The notes: a model not told the origin generated them from the sequence alone. Shown: positions 11,441 through 25,064, counted from the whole stretch's first letter. The stretch: DNA of 63,742 nucleotides, filler included, from Phoronis australis (GCA_002633005.1; 8 parts of 8 records of this genome joined end to end with filler, not necessarily neighbours in it); one strand, 5' to 3'. Numbers and translations: made by a program.

Positions 11441-14400
11441 CTGCAACAGAAAATAATGCATACTAGTGCCGTTACTATGCATTTTGAAGACCCATACTAA
11501 TATTTCCGAAAAAATACACAAGATAAAATTCCACAAATGGTCGTATCCCCAAAGGACTCATGAATACCGGAAAGTTATGGCGCCTTTATTGGCCGACACT
11601 GACACTACATAGTGAGTGCAGTACAACGCATGCACCAGTATTAGTACCAATGGTTTTATGATATAGACAACGATCAGAATTTTAACTGAATCACCAAAGC
11701 ACATAGGTCATGAATAATTTTCCTGGTATTAACTTAGCAAAATCTGGTGGAACTCAGAATCCCAGCAAATTCGTGTCCCTATGCAAAAATTTTTCATAAA
11801 AATTTGCTAGAAATACACAACGGATTATGGCTGTTTCAGGGTTTCAAAGCACCTTGTTCTTGTCACTAACAGATTTGTACAATACCAGCTGTTGTTTGGA
11901 GGCCTGATTATCAAGGAATCTGATTTAAGGTGGGAGTACAGAACTTTGGCTAAAATAATTTCCTATATCATGGACTAAAACTGGTGACTTTTTGAACTAT
12001 TTGGTTCTGGAATTTAATTCCCTGAGAGTCACACTTGAAGAAATACGATCGAAAAACAGATTTTGGTTCTCTTGTACCCCATGATAATGGTAATGGTTTG
12101 AGTTGCTCTTTGAACCGTGGTAGATAATTGCCCTGAGAGTCCTGACACTGAACAACAGGAATCCTTAAAAGGATACCAAGCCAGTTTTTTGCTTATTAAC
12201 AAGACATTGAAAGCCACTTTTCCTTCCAGTTCTCTGAAACAAAATAATGCTCTGTAACCCTCAACAACCCTCAAGAGTTTTTAGGAACATCTGAACACTC
12301 CTTTTTAACTCTGCTAAACCGGCAAGCATGACCTACGCGTTTAGCGAATTACTTGGTAACTGTGGGGAAAAACCACCCAGCAATAACTAACATCCAATCT
12401 GTGATAGGGGGACTGAACTTTTAGTTAATTCCTGCTTTTTTCTTGATTGACGCCAATGATGCATTAGCAGGTGACACAATAATGAGTACTGGTTGAAATC
12501 ATCAAAACAAAGTTTAGTATCCTTTTAATGATGTCTCAATACACTAAATTGCTATCAATTTATTGTATTAATTGTGTTACATAATTGGTNNNNNNNNNNN
12601 NNNNNNNNNNNNNNNNNNNNNNNNNNNNNNNNNTTAATTAATTAANNNNNNNNNNNNNNNNNNNNNNNNNNNNNNNNNNNNNNNNNNNNGTTCTTATGGT
12701 GAATTTTACGCTTAAAACGTTAAAACAACTTAAGAAATGGTAGATGGGTCGTGGAATAACTGTGAATAGACGAAGAAAATGTGACCTTGTTATGTTGTGC
12801 GAAGCTGTGAACGGACTGAAATTGGAACTTAACCCGCTCTAGGCCTGAATGGCGCAGGCATACAGGGGCGATAGCGTATCCCCATAAAAAGATATTCACT
12901 TCAAAATACAGCAAATGAAATCAAATGAAACATGCATATGTGCACATGAAGTTATAATTAGCACATACCCTGACTCTGGACACAATTTAGTCTACAAATA
13001 ACTTGAGCATATTCATGAAAACCTCGCGGTTCTCTCGAGTTTCTCTCACTAAAGAGCCGCCATTTTGAGGAAGTTACGTGAAATCACGCCAGTTGACGAA
13101 CAAAAAGTCCAAGGGACACAAATTTCACTTGATATTTTCTCATGCTATTTTGCAAGTGTCACGCGCCAGGTCACGCGCCAGATCTCGCGCTTCGCTCAAT
13201 ATGCGCTAGCATTTGCCTCATACTCACCTGACTCAGTTGAAATACTTGATTGTGGTAATCGCGCGCGCGGACAAAGTTAACAGTAACCACAAAGTGGAGT
13301 TGGAATTCTTCGCCTAAGTCACCTGAATTCCCGTATATATGCTTCATCGAAGATATGTTTAGAAGCAGAAAGAGTCACTGAAGAAAGTAAGAGCCTTTTA
13401 GGTGCTAATTTTAGGTGTAGAATGTATTTTCGACGAGGTGAAAACTTTACCAGTGAGCGGATTTCGCCTACCGCCCGTTTAAAATACACGGGACGAAATT
13501 AGTACAGAACGCGATAGAACGTATTGTAATGCGAATCTGAAGTTCATTTGCCATAACAGCAATGCTTTTGGGCATTTTTCGAACTAAACGGCTAAAAACT
13601 CGAAGACAATAACAGAATACACTCTGCTACCGTATTGGGCAAATGACCAAACGACAAGCTTTTGCCCCACTTCCCGTGACGTCACAGTTAAGTCTCACAT
13701 AATCTCGCGTTATTGTTATAAACTCGCAAAAGGCCTATTGNNNNNNNNNNNNNNNNNNNNNNNNNNNNNNNNNNNNNNNNNNNNNNNNNNNNNNNNNNNN
13801 NNNNNNNNNNNNNNNNNNNNNNNNNNNNNNNNNNNNNNNNNNNNNNNNNNNNNNNNNNNNNNNNNNNNNNNNNNNNNNNNNNNNNNNNNNNNNNNNNNNN
13901 NNNNNNNNNNNNNNNNNNNNNNNNNNNNNNNNNNNNNNNNNNNNNNNNNNNNNNNNNNNNNNNNNNNNNNNNNNNNNNNNNNNNNNNNNNNNNNNNNNNN
14001 NNNNNNNNNNNNNNNNNNNNNNNNNNNNNNNNNNNNNNNNNNNNNNNNNNNNNNNNNNNNNNNNNNNNNNNNNNNNNNNNNNNNNNNNNNNNNNNNNNNN
14101 NNNNNNNNNNNNNNNNNNNNNNNNNNNNNNNNNNNNNNNNNNNNNNNNNNNNNNNNNNNNNNNNNNNNNNNNNNNNNNNNNNNNNNNNNNNNNNNNNNNN
14201 NNNNNNNNNNNNNNNNNNNNNNNNNNNGCGGTACGTACACTGCGCAGTCAGTCAACGTGAAATTTGATTAAGTTTCAAATGTATGGGATGGTCTCGAGTT
14301 TTGTGCTGCATCTACTATTTTGTTTGTTGCAAGTTGTCTTGAGAGGTAGAGAAAATTCCTCTGTAAAATCAGTTGTCACGTGACGTGTCTTCTAGGATGT

Positions 14401-14559
14401 TACTGGCTAACCCCTGTGTGTCATTTTATTGCCAGCGAACTTGATAATGTCCATTGCTTTTGTCATACTGGATGCATTTTGGAAATACCAGTATTCAGTT
14501 CAAGGGAACCGCGGGTATGTAAAAATACTTGTGGGCAATACTTAATAGCACAGGGGTTG

Positions 14560-15375
14560 AAGGTACGTACACTACACGGGTTTACGTACACTACACTTCA
14601 ATGACTTGTCAGGTTAATAAAAATTCCTTAGAATATACTGAGAGTTAGTTCATTTACCAAATGTATTCAGAGAGAACAAATAAAAAGTACAGCATACACG
14701 TCCATTTCAGTCTGTCATTCTTTGAAAACAGGCACAAGTTAAAATATAGGGGTAGTTGCACTACATAAATGCTAATATTTCACTCAAAACAAAATGTATT
14801 TGTAAGTAACACCCTTTAACCTAACTTTTTCATTGAGGAAGCTGTCTGTGACAAGTGTTGCTTACTTACCGTGTAATGTTTTTGCTTCATGGTATATGTT
14901 CATATCGGAGCACGTACACTACATGTCAATGACATGTCGACTTTGTAACGAAAAACTGAGAATCTATTGAGAGATAGCTGATTTACTATGTCAATTCAAA
15001 GAGGAAAAATAAAAGGCACACATATCTGCCATACTTTGAAAATCAAAATAATCGGGTATGTACCCTACACAAATGCTAAAATTTCACTCAAAACAAATGT
15101 ATTTGCAACAAACACCCATTCAACGTAACATTTGAAGGAAGAACACTGTGTATAACCAATGCTGCTCACTTACCAATTTTAATTTCATGGCATTTGTAAA
15201 CATTGGGGTACGTACACTACATCACCTTTTCTGCATCTCATGGTAACACAATGCTGTATGACCATTTATTTTTCTTTGGTGATAATAAGCTTCATGCTGT
15301 TATGTAAAAGGCAATAATTTTATTTGAAATGACCATTTGTGTTACTGAATTCCACATGGGGGTACGTACAGTACA
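14560..15375. repeat. Diverged ~320-bp tandem units punctuated by ACGTACACTACA
   Basis: Motif at ~14565, 14585, 14912, 15209, 15364; colinear blocks such as TTTCACTCAAAACAAA in both units. Confidence 0.65.
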
Positions 15376-17186
15376 TTCTTTTACTAGCCTTTTGGCCTAT
15401 TTTCAGCATAGCAGAACCCAGTCAATATCAAAACCTTTGGTTTGTTCAGATATTGAATAGTTTGGTGTGTTGCCTAGGCTAACATATTCTACAGTTCTTT
15501 TTAGTACACAGTGTGTCTTTAACATTCTTTTCAGTAGGTGAGGGTTAAAAAACAAAATTGATGAATTGCCTAACGAGTACCTGTTTTATGATGAACCCTA
15601 CCATTCCTCAAAGATTAATCACTACTTCATCTGCAAGTGAATATGAAAGTGACTCAAATTGTTCCCAGCCGTATCAAAGCAATTGCTTACTTAATAAAAT
15701 ACATTTCTTTTCTGCTGTTGACAGTTAAAAATTGTAATTTTTAAAGTGGCCACTCGTAACGCAAAAAATGCATGAAATTCACAGACAAAAACATGCATAC
15801 ATTTCTCAAACATTGTCCGATTTTTGTATTTCCACAGCTATACAACTATTTGCATGAGACTCGGTTGGCATTTGGTGAGTGTCCAACAATTTTATTTCTG
15901 ACGGTAACACAGTCTCGAACATGGGTCATGATAGTGATTTACCCGAATGCATACATGCAAGCCTAGTACATGTAGGTGGCTTAGCACTTCATCTAGGGTA
16001 CATGTATATCGGATAGGTATATGCGTACATGTAAACTCTAGATTATACAGGTCCATATCGAAATCTTGTGATCGATAGCTTTGGCTTGCAGCTAAATCTC
16101 AAGTCAAGTCAGGATATATCTGATACCGAGATGATATATCGAATTGGACCTAGTTTGCTATTACCGCAGCATATTGTGATAGGACGCAAATTTGTGCGTA
16201 AACACGATTGACACGGAACAAGTTGAAACCATTTCGACACTTGCTTGAGAAGTACAGTGAGTTGCACTCCATCAGTAAGTCTGGAGAAAGACAGTGATAA
16301 CATACTTCAGAATTTGATTGGCACATTTATCTTACCCTATTGGTAGCTGTGGCATCGACACCCTTTTTTAGAAGGATTTCAACAACATCTAGGTTGCCAT
16401 ACCAAGACGCAAAGTGCAGGGGCGTGTCGCCTTTCTACAACAAGCATTAAAACGACTGACAAACCATAAACATAATTACACCATTCCAATGTGTTTGGTG
16501 AACAACTAGTGTCAATGAAAACGAGGTTGACCTAATTAAAGTCAAAATGTCAAAGAATATTATCATAAATAAAACTGAGTTCAACACAAAGCAGATATGA
16601 TATCAAACATTATACGATTATTTTTATACACATAGTAAAAGCAAAAGGGAAATATTTTAGAAGATTGTAACAACATTTTTGAAATCTCGTGCTCAAGATT
16701 GATAGGAAAAACATCTGATCACATTATGGGAACCATGGTTTTGGTATCAACGCACCTTTCCTTCTTTCCTTAACCTTGATGACGATATGTTCACGTGACT
16801 CAAATAATGAAAGATAAGTGAAAGGTGAAAAACCAAATTCAGCAGTTACCTTAAGGCGAAGGCAACCTTTTTCCATGTCATTTTGAGCTAAAATAAGGTT
16901 GGTTGGTTATCCTAGACATATTTTTCACTTAATTACAGCTTTTCGTAATTTTATTAATTACTCGTCCGCTTTTCCGGAAGTGACGTTTTAGGAGGCAAGT
17001 GGTTCCCGCTTCTTGGTTTTGCGTTGAGCTTACTGTGCGAATCTGTTCTATTCTACTTTTGTTTTGTGCTATTTTTCACCAATTGTCGCCACCAATTCCA
17101 TCGGCGAGTATTCTGCGGCAAGATAGGTTAGTAGAGAACTTAACTGCGTTGGATTTAGGGATTGTTTAGTGTGTTGTAAGCTGAAA

Positions 17187-17472
17187 ATGGCTGGAGTCGG
17201 TGACCCGTATCACAGTGACAGTAGGGTGAGTGACGGAGACCTTGTTCACAGCAGTGGTGACGAGGAATTTTTTCACGGACATTCAGTGGGTGGGTACATG
17301 TTATGTTTGAGCCCGAGTATAACGAGGCAGAGTACGCACAGGCACAGGCAGCTGTTGAGAGAAACGAGGCAGCTACTGAAGACAGACGTGGTGACACATC
17401 TTGGTGCAAATGCACTGTGTGCGTTGTTATGCCTACCTCAATTGAATGCTTGTGCTGTTCCGAGTTCCACAT
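17187..17472 (+). pseudogene. KolX / P2X7 cytoplasmic-ballast-like Cys-rich protein, N-terminal fragment
   Basis: MAGVGD..GYMFEPEY..WCKCTVCVVMPTSIECLCCSE once the duplicated ATGTT at 17298-17307 is collapsed. Confidence 0.8.
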
Positions 17473-18622
17473 CAATTATCTTTTTGGTCTCTTCCTCCAT
17501 TAGAGTGTATGTGGTATACTCGGCGGACCGTCCTGGTGAGTCAGACAAGTTCTCCTTCTCCATGAATTCCGCCACCAACTCGAGATGTTGTGACATGTAT
17601 GCGTCATTGACAACTGGTATTAAATAGGAATTCTGAATGTTGTTGAAACTTGACTTTTCCAAAGTCCATCATTGTCTTCACCGACTGAAACGTGTTTCTA
17701 GTGAAGAGTACACCACTGGGCATGATTAAATGGACTTCCGGCATACCACGGACAGAGGAACAACTGTCCCACTTGCCAGAGTGTCCCGTGACACACTCCC
17801 ACTGGATGGTGACCTGAGCACCCAAACTGCTTACATTTTGTCGTGTGACTCCTTCGCCACACACCTGGCACCTTCTAAATAGCTCCAACACTTTAGACAA
17901 GTCCACAATAAACTAACACTCCCACTAGATGGTGACCTGAGCACCCAAACTGCTTACATCGTGTCGTGTGACTCCCTCGCCACACACCTGGTACCTTCTA
18001 AATAGACAAGTCCTCAATAAACTTATCAAAGTTTGGCTCACCGATCTGTTCACTGAACGACAAACTGTCCTCACCACTGGGTGTCGAACTGGTCCTGTAA
18101 TCACGTACTCCCAGTACTCAATATCGCTGCAGGGCTGCTTAGAGGCTCTGGGCTGGAGAAAACAGCTCAGGGCGAATCACTACTGGTTCCAGGAATTGCA
18201 CGGGGTATGTTCAGGGGCACGGGTGACAGTAGATGAAGTGCCTCGACGGGCTCCAGTCACTGTACTGGCCACAGCTCGCAAAGCTTCTCGCCCCAAAAAC
18301 GCACTTCTTGGGGGTGGCGACGGGCACTGCCGGGAATCAACACAGACGGAATGGCATCCTTATTCAGGCGTTGTTTCGCAGGGACCTTCATCAGTTCAGC
18401 GTACAAGTCCCTTTCGTAACCGGAGGGCAGAAAGTGCTTGCCACACACATGGTAATTCTCCACTGCTTTGTACGTTGCGTGGACGGGTAATGCTGCGTTC
18501 TTCACACGAACGAGCCAAGTACGGCGAAGTGTGTCATCCATCGGAAAGCGATGCAAAGGTACTCCCAAAGCACGCGTGAGCCGATAACTAGTACATTCTG
18601 GTACGCAGCAACAGTGTGGTAT
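17465..18622 (-). pseudogene. THAP-domain Kolobok transposase, disrupted and 3'-truncated
   Basis: THAP finger CCCVPEC..HRFP..W..VCGKHF..AIPS; then CQVC..CVTGH..W; then DSPGRSAEYTTYTLM. ATA at the expected start, frameshifts/stops, internal duplication. Confidence 0.85.
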
Positions 18623-20276
18623 GTTGACCTACTAGTAAATGAAAGCAAACGACGGCGGAACTTAACACAACCGAGGTAGAACAATGACTGACTCGGCAGC
18701 TCTCACCGTCAGACTATATGAAAAGAAATTGGCGCGAAATGCTTGCCTCCTAAAACGTCACTTCCGCAGTTGCGGACGAGTAATTAATAAAATTACGAAA
18801 AGCTGTAATTAAGTGGAAAATATGTCTAGGATAACCAATCAACCTTATAAAAATATGTCTAGGATAACCAACCAACCTTATTTTAGCTCAAAATGACATG
18901 GAAAAAGGTTGCCTTCGCCTTTAAAGTGCTTACTTGCAAATAAACTTCAAAAACATTATAGACAAATGAATCGTGTTCATTTTATAGTGAAGGACAGAAG
19001 AAAGATTGAGAACCCTATCAAAATAAAAACCATTTCGATGTTTTGTCAAATAAGAATTAAAAAGGGCCGGACCACAGGTTTCGCGTTAAAACTACGCAAA
19101 TCTGTTTGTATTCGCGTACACTTCGGAAACGCAAATTTCTGCCGGAGGCTGCCTCATCTGGTTAAGCCGCAAACACTGAAGAAAGTGTGCACGCCTATGC
19201 TGGGTGGTAGGGGAGGCTAGCTTGACTAAATAGACGACTAGGGGGCAGAAGTCAGCTGGCAATAAGGAACTCTGAAATTTGTGTCCACATTGAAGTTTTG
19301 AGGAACTCAAGATTGGTTTGTGTGTACGTGACCATAGCGACATGGATCTAGTGTAGGGCTAAGCATAAAAAATCTTTAAAATATCCCTCCCCACCATAAA
19401 AATCAATCGAACCGAAAAGACCAGAAAATAGTTATGTGGCCAATAAGTCATGATCTTGAGTTCCATTAAAATATGGTATTCGGATTTGACAAAAGTAGGG
19501 GTATCAAAAAGGACAGTGCTTTATGCAGAGTGAACGTCGTCGATGAATTTTAAACATCTGTAAAAATATCAGCCTGTCGCAAGCCGATTTTACCTGAAAT
19601 CAAAAGGTTACGTAACGCGTAATTGCCTTAATGTTCTGAAAGTTTGTTGAATATCCCTGATTCGTTTTTTCGTTATTCCTTGAATACGATTTCGCCCATC
19701 GAAACATTTATAACGTCATTAACGTCGGAAAATCTGGTATTTGTCAATAATGCGTCGGCCAGCTGAAAGGGGCGGTTGTATAACATATTTCCCAACGACT
19801 GCATGGTTTGGACACATTGGAATTCTGGCGATTGTGCTGAACAATGTTCCTAGAAAACAGAAGATTTGAGTATTTGTGCATTAAATTACGAGGAAGTGTT
19901 TGGTAGCAGCTACTGTCGTCCATATCTCTCTCAAAACTCAAGGATTCCTCGTGGCCTTGGCAAGAACAGTTTCTGGAAACCATCCGATGCGAACCAATAA
20001 AGCTGTGCATTAATTTAACACAGATACACGAACACCCACCAGTATATAACCACACACAAATATGGATGTCAAAGATTAAATCAAAATCTGTATCCAGCCT
20101 TGTAGATGAAGTACATTCAACGTGTATGACTTACGCCTACCCTTTTACTAGTGAATGAATGCGCTTAATTATGCTGCAGTCGTAGTCATCAATTATTGTT
20201 CGTGGTTTTTCCTCATGCATCCGTTTTGAAAGTTGTAGGGCATGTGATTGACACTCGAATAATTGATAAAGATCTG

Positions 20277-20426
20277 GGCCCAGTTGCATAAAAGTTATAC
20301 GCCGTATATATGGCAACAATGAAGTCGCATTATCACGCGTCACATTGTTATTGTGGAACAATGCCCCTGACGTCAAACAACAATCAAACTTATCCAATAA
20401 CTTTTGAAGTTTTATGCAACTCAGCC
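20277..20426. mobile_element. PIF/Harbinger-like MITE
   Basis: TIRs GGCCCAGTTGCATAAAA / TTTTATGCAACTCAGCC flanked by CTG and CAG. Confidence 0.75.
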
Positions 20427-23400
20427 CAGGTGTAATGTCTCAGTGCCTGAAGTCGGTTTCATTAAATTTTGGTCTTACGCTCCCTTTCACATTTCTTGAG
20501 TAAAAGCTTAGCCAAGTAATTGTTAGCCCAATCACTGTCTAGACATTATGATGGGAGGCGCAGCACTGAAAAAGTAGGCGGACTGAAGCCCCCTCAGCCC
20601 CCCTTGTAGTGCACCGCCTAAAGACCGTCATGTGCCGCGGCGTAGCACTGACAAAAGTGGGGCTATAGCCCCCGCAGCCCCCTATGGCACGCCGCCCATG
20701 ATTATTTCTATGAATTGTTTCAATATTTTAGTAACTATACAATAGCTGTTACTTGGATGTGAATTTACAAATTTGCTCAAGAGCGCGGAAAGCATGACCA
20801 AATTACTTTCTTATGTCTTTGGTCATTGGTTTCATGATGTAGTTTCATGTAAGCACATGACGTGTAGCAGCCACGGTTGTTATAAAAACAAAAACGTCAC
20901 GCTGTGAGTTTGGTAGTAACGGAAGTGGGCCTACTCTCCAAGTTCTCTTCGTTTGACTATAAACGGTTTAAAAGGTAACGTTAAGATGCTTGCTATAACT
21001 ACAACAAACTGTTTAGCAGAGCGTGGGTAGTATTTCCGATCACTCGTACCAGAACACAGCACGCAGGCATCATAGTGATACTTCCCGAACCTTCGGACCG
21101 GAAAGCAATGTCCATTCGTAAAACCAGAGCTTATGCCTTATGTCTTACTTGTGAACTAGTCACATTTGCCGATGGCACATACAATAGAAAAATAATTTAA
21201 TAAAAATGTGGCCAAGTTTCATCGAGATTGGATGAATTGGTATGGTCAAAGTTTCGGCTTATTTTGCCGCTTCGATCAGGGAAATTGCCGCTGAAAAACC
21301 AAAACTGCCTGTGAGAAAACGATCATTTTGGACCGCCGAACCTGTCATATCAGGTTAGTTGCCGATAGAGCGAACAGATGTCACTGTAGTCATTTTAAAG
21401 ATGTACGAGACTGAAGAATGATTAGCAATAATTAACATTTTGAGGTTATGGGGACTGAAATACATGCATTTTAGAATTTGGTTCAAAAGTGAGGAAGTCA
21501 TTAAAACTAGAGAAAGTGAATTACATGAAGTAAATAGATTTGATTATTTTCTGATCACTCCAGATTAAAAATATTTTTGGCATTTCTTAATCATACCTAA
21601 TATTGCTGTTTTAGAGCAGTGTGGCTGCGGGTTCGAATTTAAAGGAGTCATCACTGCGGATTATGAAGCGCTGATTGGTCAATGAGCGATGGCCTAGTTT
21701 ACGTGCAGAGAACCTGGCGGATGACATAGTTTACGTATTGCTGGTAATGATTTTTGTACTTTCACGTTCCATACGCGCACTGACTTAAGCGCGCACCCAG
21801 GGGGAGGGGGGGGGGGCTTGGTCGATGTTGCCAAAAAGGTCTCACTAAGAAACAAAAATTCCAATAACACGAGACAAATGTCCACTTAAAAGGCGCAATG
21901 ACAATTCTAAACGTGGTACCATGTTTTTAGTCACCCCTTTTTGTTAGTAAAAGGTCCACATTGTCAAAAAACCGAGCCCCCCCCCCTATATTTTAGACTG
22001 GGTGCGTGCATGTGTTTTCAAGAAACTTTCTTCAGGTACATGTGTGTTGTTATTTGAGTCCAGATTTGCCAAATTTTATGGCTGAAGCATAGTCATTCGA
22101 CAATAAACAAATTGACTGAGACTTGTACTTCAAACCTCCAAAAAACCTAATGGCGATTTACACAACCACACCTCGCCTTCACAAATCGTCTGTCAGGGGA
22201 CCAGTTTGGGGAAACTCGCAAATCTCAAGTCGTTGCACCCTCAAAACAAGTCCAGATTAATCTGCCGATTATTCTAAAAGTTGCATCTGGGTCGACCATG
22301 TGGTTATGTAACCAGGAGTGGTTTATTACACCAGAGGTGACCAAAGCAGTTTGTTAGTTGTTATTTCAAAAACACCCTGTGTATGAGGTTGTTGCATTGC
22401 ACATTGAGCAGGGCTGGGTTACCGACCTGGACTAAAGATGATTGATAGAAAAGCTGGAGACAACATGTTTTGCTCATAATGTATGTTGATATCCCGCAAG
22501 ATTAGACTTGGGGTGTTCTTGCTTTTTCTCATAGTTCTTGGGTGTACCTAAAGCAGAGGAGGATATGTTCCAACTGCCCTGGACAAGAACTAGGTGTTTG
22601 TTAAAGCTAGTGGATAATGACTGAAGCAAGTCTTCCTAGATGGCGCTAGTCAGAGACTACACTGCCTGGTGCTTTGCTTAACAAATTTAATTCACTGATT
22701 ACACAAATACAAAAGCATACCAGATTTTTGCAAAAATTATAAAATATAAGCAGTAAGAGTACCAAATTCAAGATTATATGAGAAACCTTGTTGACAAGTC
22801 TGTGCTTTAGCCAAATACCGACAAATCGTAAGAGTATACATTATCAGTTTAGTTTTACTTATGCATGTTTATGTTTTCACAAACATCATGTAGTGCCCTC
22901 TGTTGGACATACACAAACATCCTAAAAGTCCAACATTTGATAGCACTTCATGTAAAAGATTAAAAACAATTCATAACAGAATTTTGGAGGACACCCTATA
23001 AAACAAAGTATAAAAGAATTTCACTTGAAAAATTTTCATTGGGTCTGACCATACATTTGAGATTATTATAGGGTTACACATAACTATGACATTACCGTAT
23101 ATTAATAAAACTGTCAACAAGTTAATGTCAGAAGAATAAAATGAACATTCACTGCACTGAATGGAGAAGGTTCATGTAGTGCCCTCTGTTGGTCATACAC
23201 AATTGTTTGTCTTTATTTAAAACAAATCATCTCAATCTGGTGACTAGTTGATATCACTGACATAGTAGATGTGTTTCGTGAACAAGCAATAGTGTGTGAC
23301 CAACAGAGGGGGCTTTATACAAACTTGGTCCATTGAAAATTAGGCTGACCAGCACAGCTAAAATACTTAGTGATAAAATTAAATTCAAAATACAGAATGA

Positions 23401-23983
23401 TTCGAATGTAAGAGCCATGATGGCTCAGCCATCTTCAAGGTTAATAACGAATGGAAACATTTAAATCAGAGTACATACCCCAATATAAGCATGATTGAAT
23501 GGTTAAATTAACATTCAAAATTTGAACACGACCAGGAACATTAAAAACAGGCCATCGGAAATGGTACAAAAAAACTGAAAAAATAAATTTCATTTGCACA
23601 TCATATTATGCGCAAAGCAGGATAAAACTACAATAGACCTTAGTTGATGCACCTTATGCATAAGTCAGACGTTCTAAAAAAATTCCTAACAGTGTTTTGG
23701 AGAACGGCACACAAACCACAGAATCTGAACAATCTAACAGTCATTAGTGAAATGTGATATTCCAAAGTTGGACAATTTTGGACATTTCTGTAGGGTCCAA
23801 ACTAACCTGGACTAAATTGCACAAGAATAGACAGTTTCTTAAAATACTGTGGTTAGTAAAATTAGTAAATATCTTGATAACATAAGCAATAAATTTGACA
23901 TTAGTCTGGTTCAGCGCGATGAAATTCCATGTCATCTGCCTAACTTCACCCATCTCCGTCTGGAGTGTTATCTCTCTGCACCT

Positions 23984-23990
23984 TTAAACC
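23984..23990 (-). CDS. Possible terminal coding exon (..FNRV-stop)
   Basis: TTGCAG acceptor followed by G GTT TAA in the required phase; too short to verify. Confidence 0.3.
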
Positions 23991-24401
23991 CTGCAATTAT
24001 GAAAACATGCGGATGAAATTCTAGGTTTTGTAACAGCACAAATAAAGATTAAACACAGCACAAAGCAGAAGAACATATTCTCTGCTGCTTACTAGGATGA
24101 GTGAAATTGTTGAAACAAGTTCTTTGACTAAGAAAGCAATTTAAATGATTCTGCACCTGGTCTGTGTTTTCGTTTATGAAAGTTGCAGTGGAATGATACT
24201 TTATGTTACTACCAGACAACGGTTTGAAACATTGCAACAATCATGTTAAAGCCTTTGAAGAATAGTAAAATGTAATTTTGACTATTTATTACTTTTGTAT
24301 GAAATTGGTGAGATGTGACCATAGTAAGTAGTCATAACTTTTTCCCATCTTTACACCAAGGTGACACAATCCCTTATCAAGCAAGAGCTACACCATGATA
24401 C

Positions 24402-24473
24402 CTGTTGAAAGATTTCTTTATCTTCTCTCTACGAACTCTCGGCAGTATGATACCACTGTCTATTTGTTCCAGC
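24402..24473 (-). CDS. Same gene, cytoplasmic tail exon
   Basis: 72-nt phase-2 exon LEQIDSGIILPRVRREKIKKSFN; TTTCAG acceptor, GT donor. Confidence 0.6.
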
Positions 24474-24857
24474 CTGAAATTAAGCCAAAATGTGATCCAT
24501 ATCCTGTGAGAATTAAGTGATACTTAAAGAGAAATTGTTTAGCCTCCTAAAAAACAAAAATGAAATTGTAAGGTTCACTTTTGCAAAAACAATATCATAT
24601 ATCTCAGTTACTGTAATAGGCTGTTACACACATCGAAACGGTCGTAGACACAACAAACTGCTTCTGAATATAATGAGGTTATTGATGTGCGAATTCAGAC
24701 TTGTGTTAACCATGCAGTGTGAAATGCAGAGATCAAATTTGACAAAAAAAAATAAAAACCATGTCAACAACAGAACAGAACTGAACTTAAGGACATTCAT
24801 GTTTCCTAGTACAGGTAATTATAGTGACTGTCCTAACAATCTTTGGTCAGTACTGAC

Positions 24858-25064
24858 CTGGAGCGATGTCCTACCCCAAGAGCGGGGTAGTCGTACATGT
24901 TACCCTCAGGCACATTGGTATCTCGAGGGTGACCCTGTGTTGATTCCTTGCCACGACGACCTTTTCGACCATTGCCGTTCCTCATGCTATTGTCATCGTC
25001 GTCTCCATAAAGTTCATAGCTCGGGTTGATGTGATAGTCAGGTATTGGTTCTACAGGCCCAGGG
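24858..25064 (-). CDS. Same gene, cytoplasmic tail exon with NPxY
   Basis: Phase-2 exon PGPVEPIPDYHINPSYELYGDDDD..NMYDYPALG; GTCAGT donor. Confidence 0.75.

Larger units (their letters stand above)
16854..18920. mobile_element. Kolobok-superfamily DNA transposon, internally deleted, non-autonomous
   Basis: ~150-bp TIRs starting AGGCGAAGGCAACC, TTAA at 16851-16854 and 18921-18924, convergent THAP-transposase and KolX-like reading frames. Confidence 0.88.

Noticed and set aside
17968-18579. 203-aa plus-strand ORF, the longest in the window
   Set aside because: Antisense shadow of the THAP transposase; no motifs of its own
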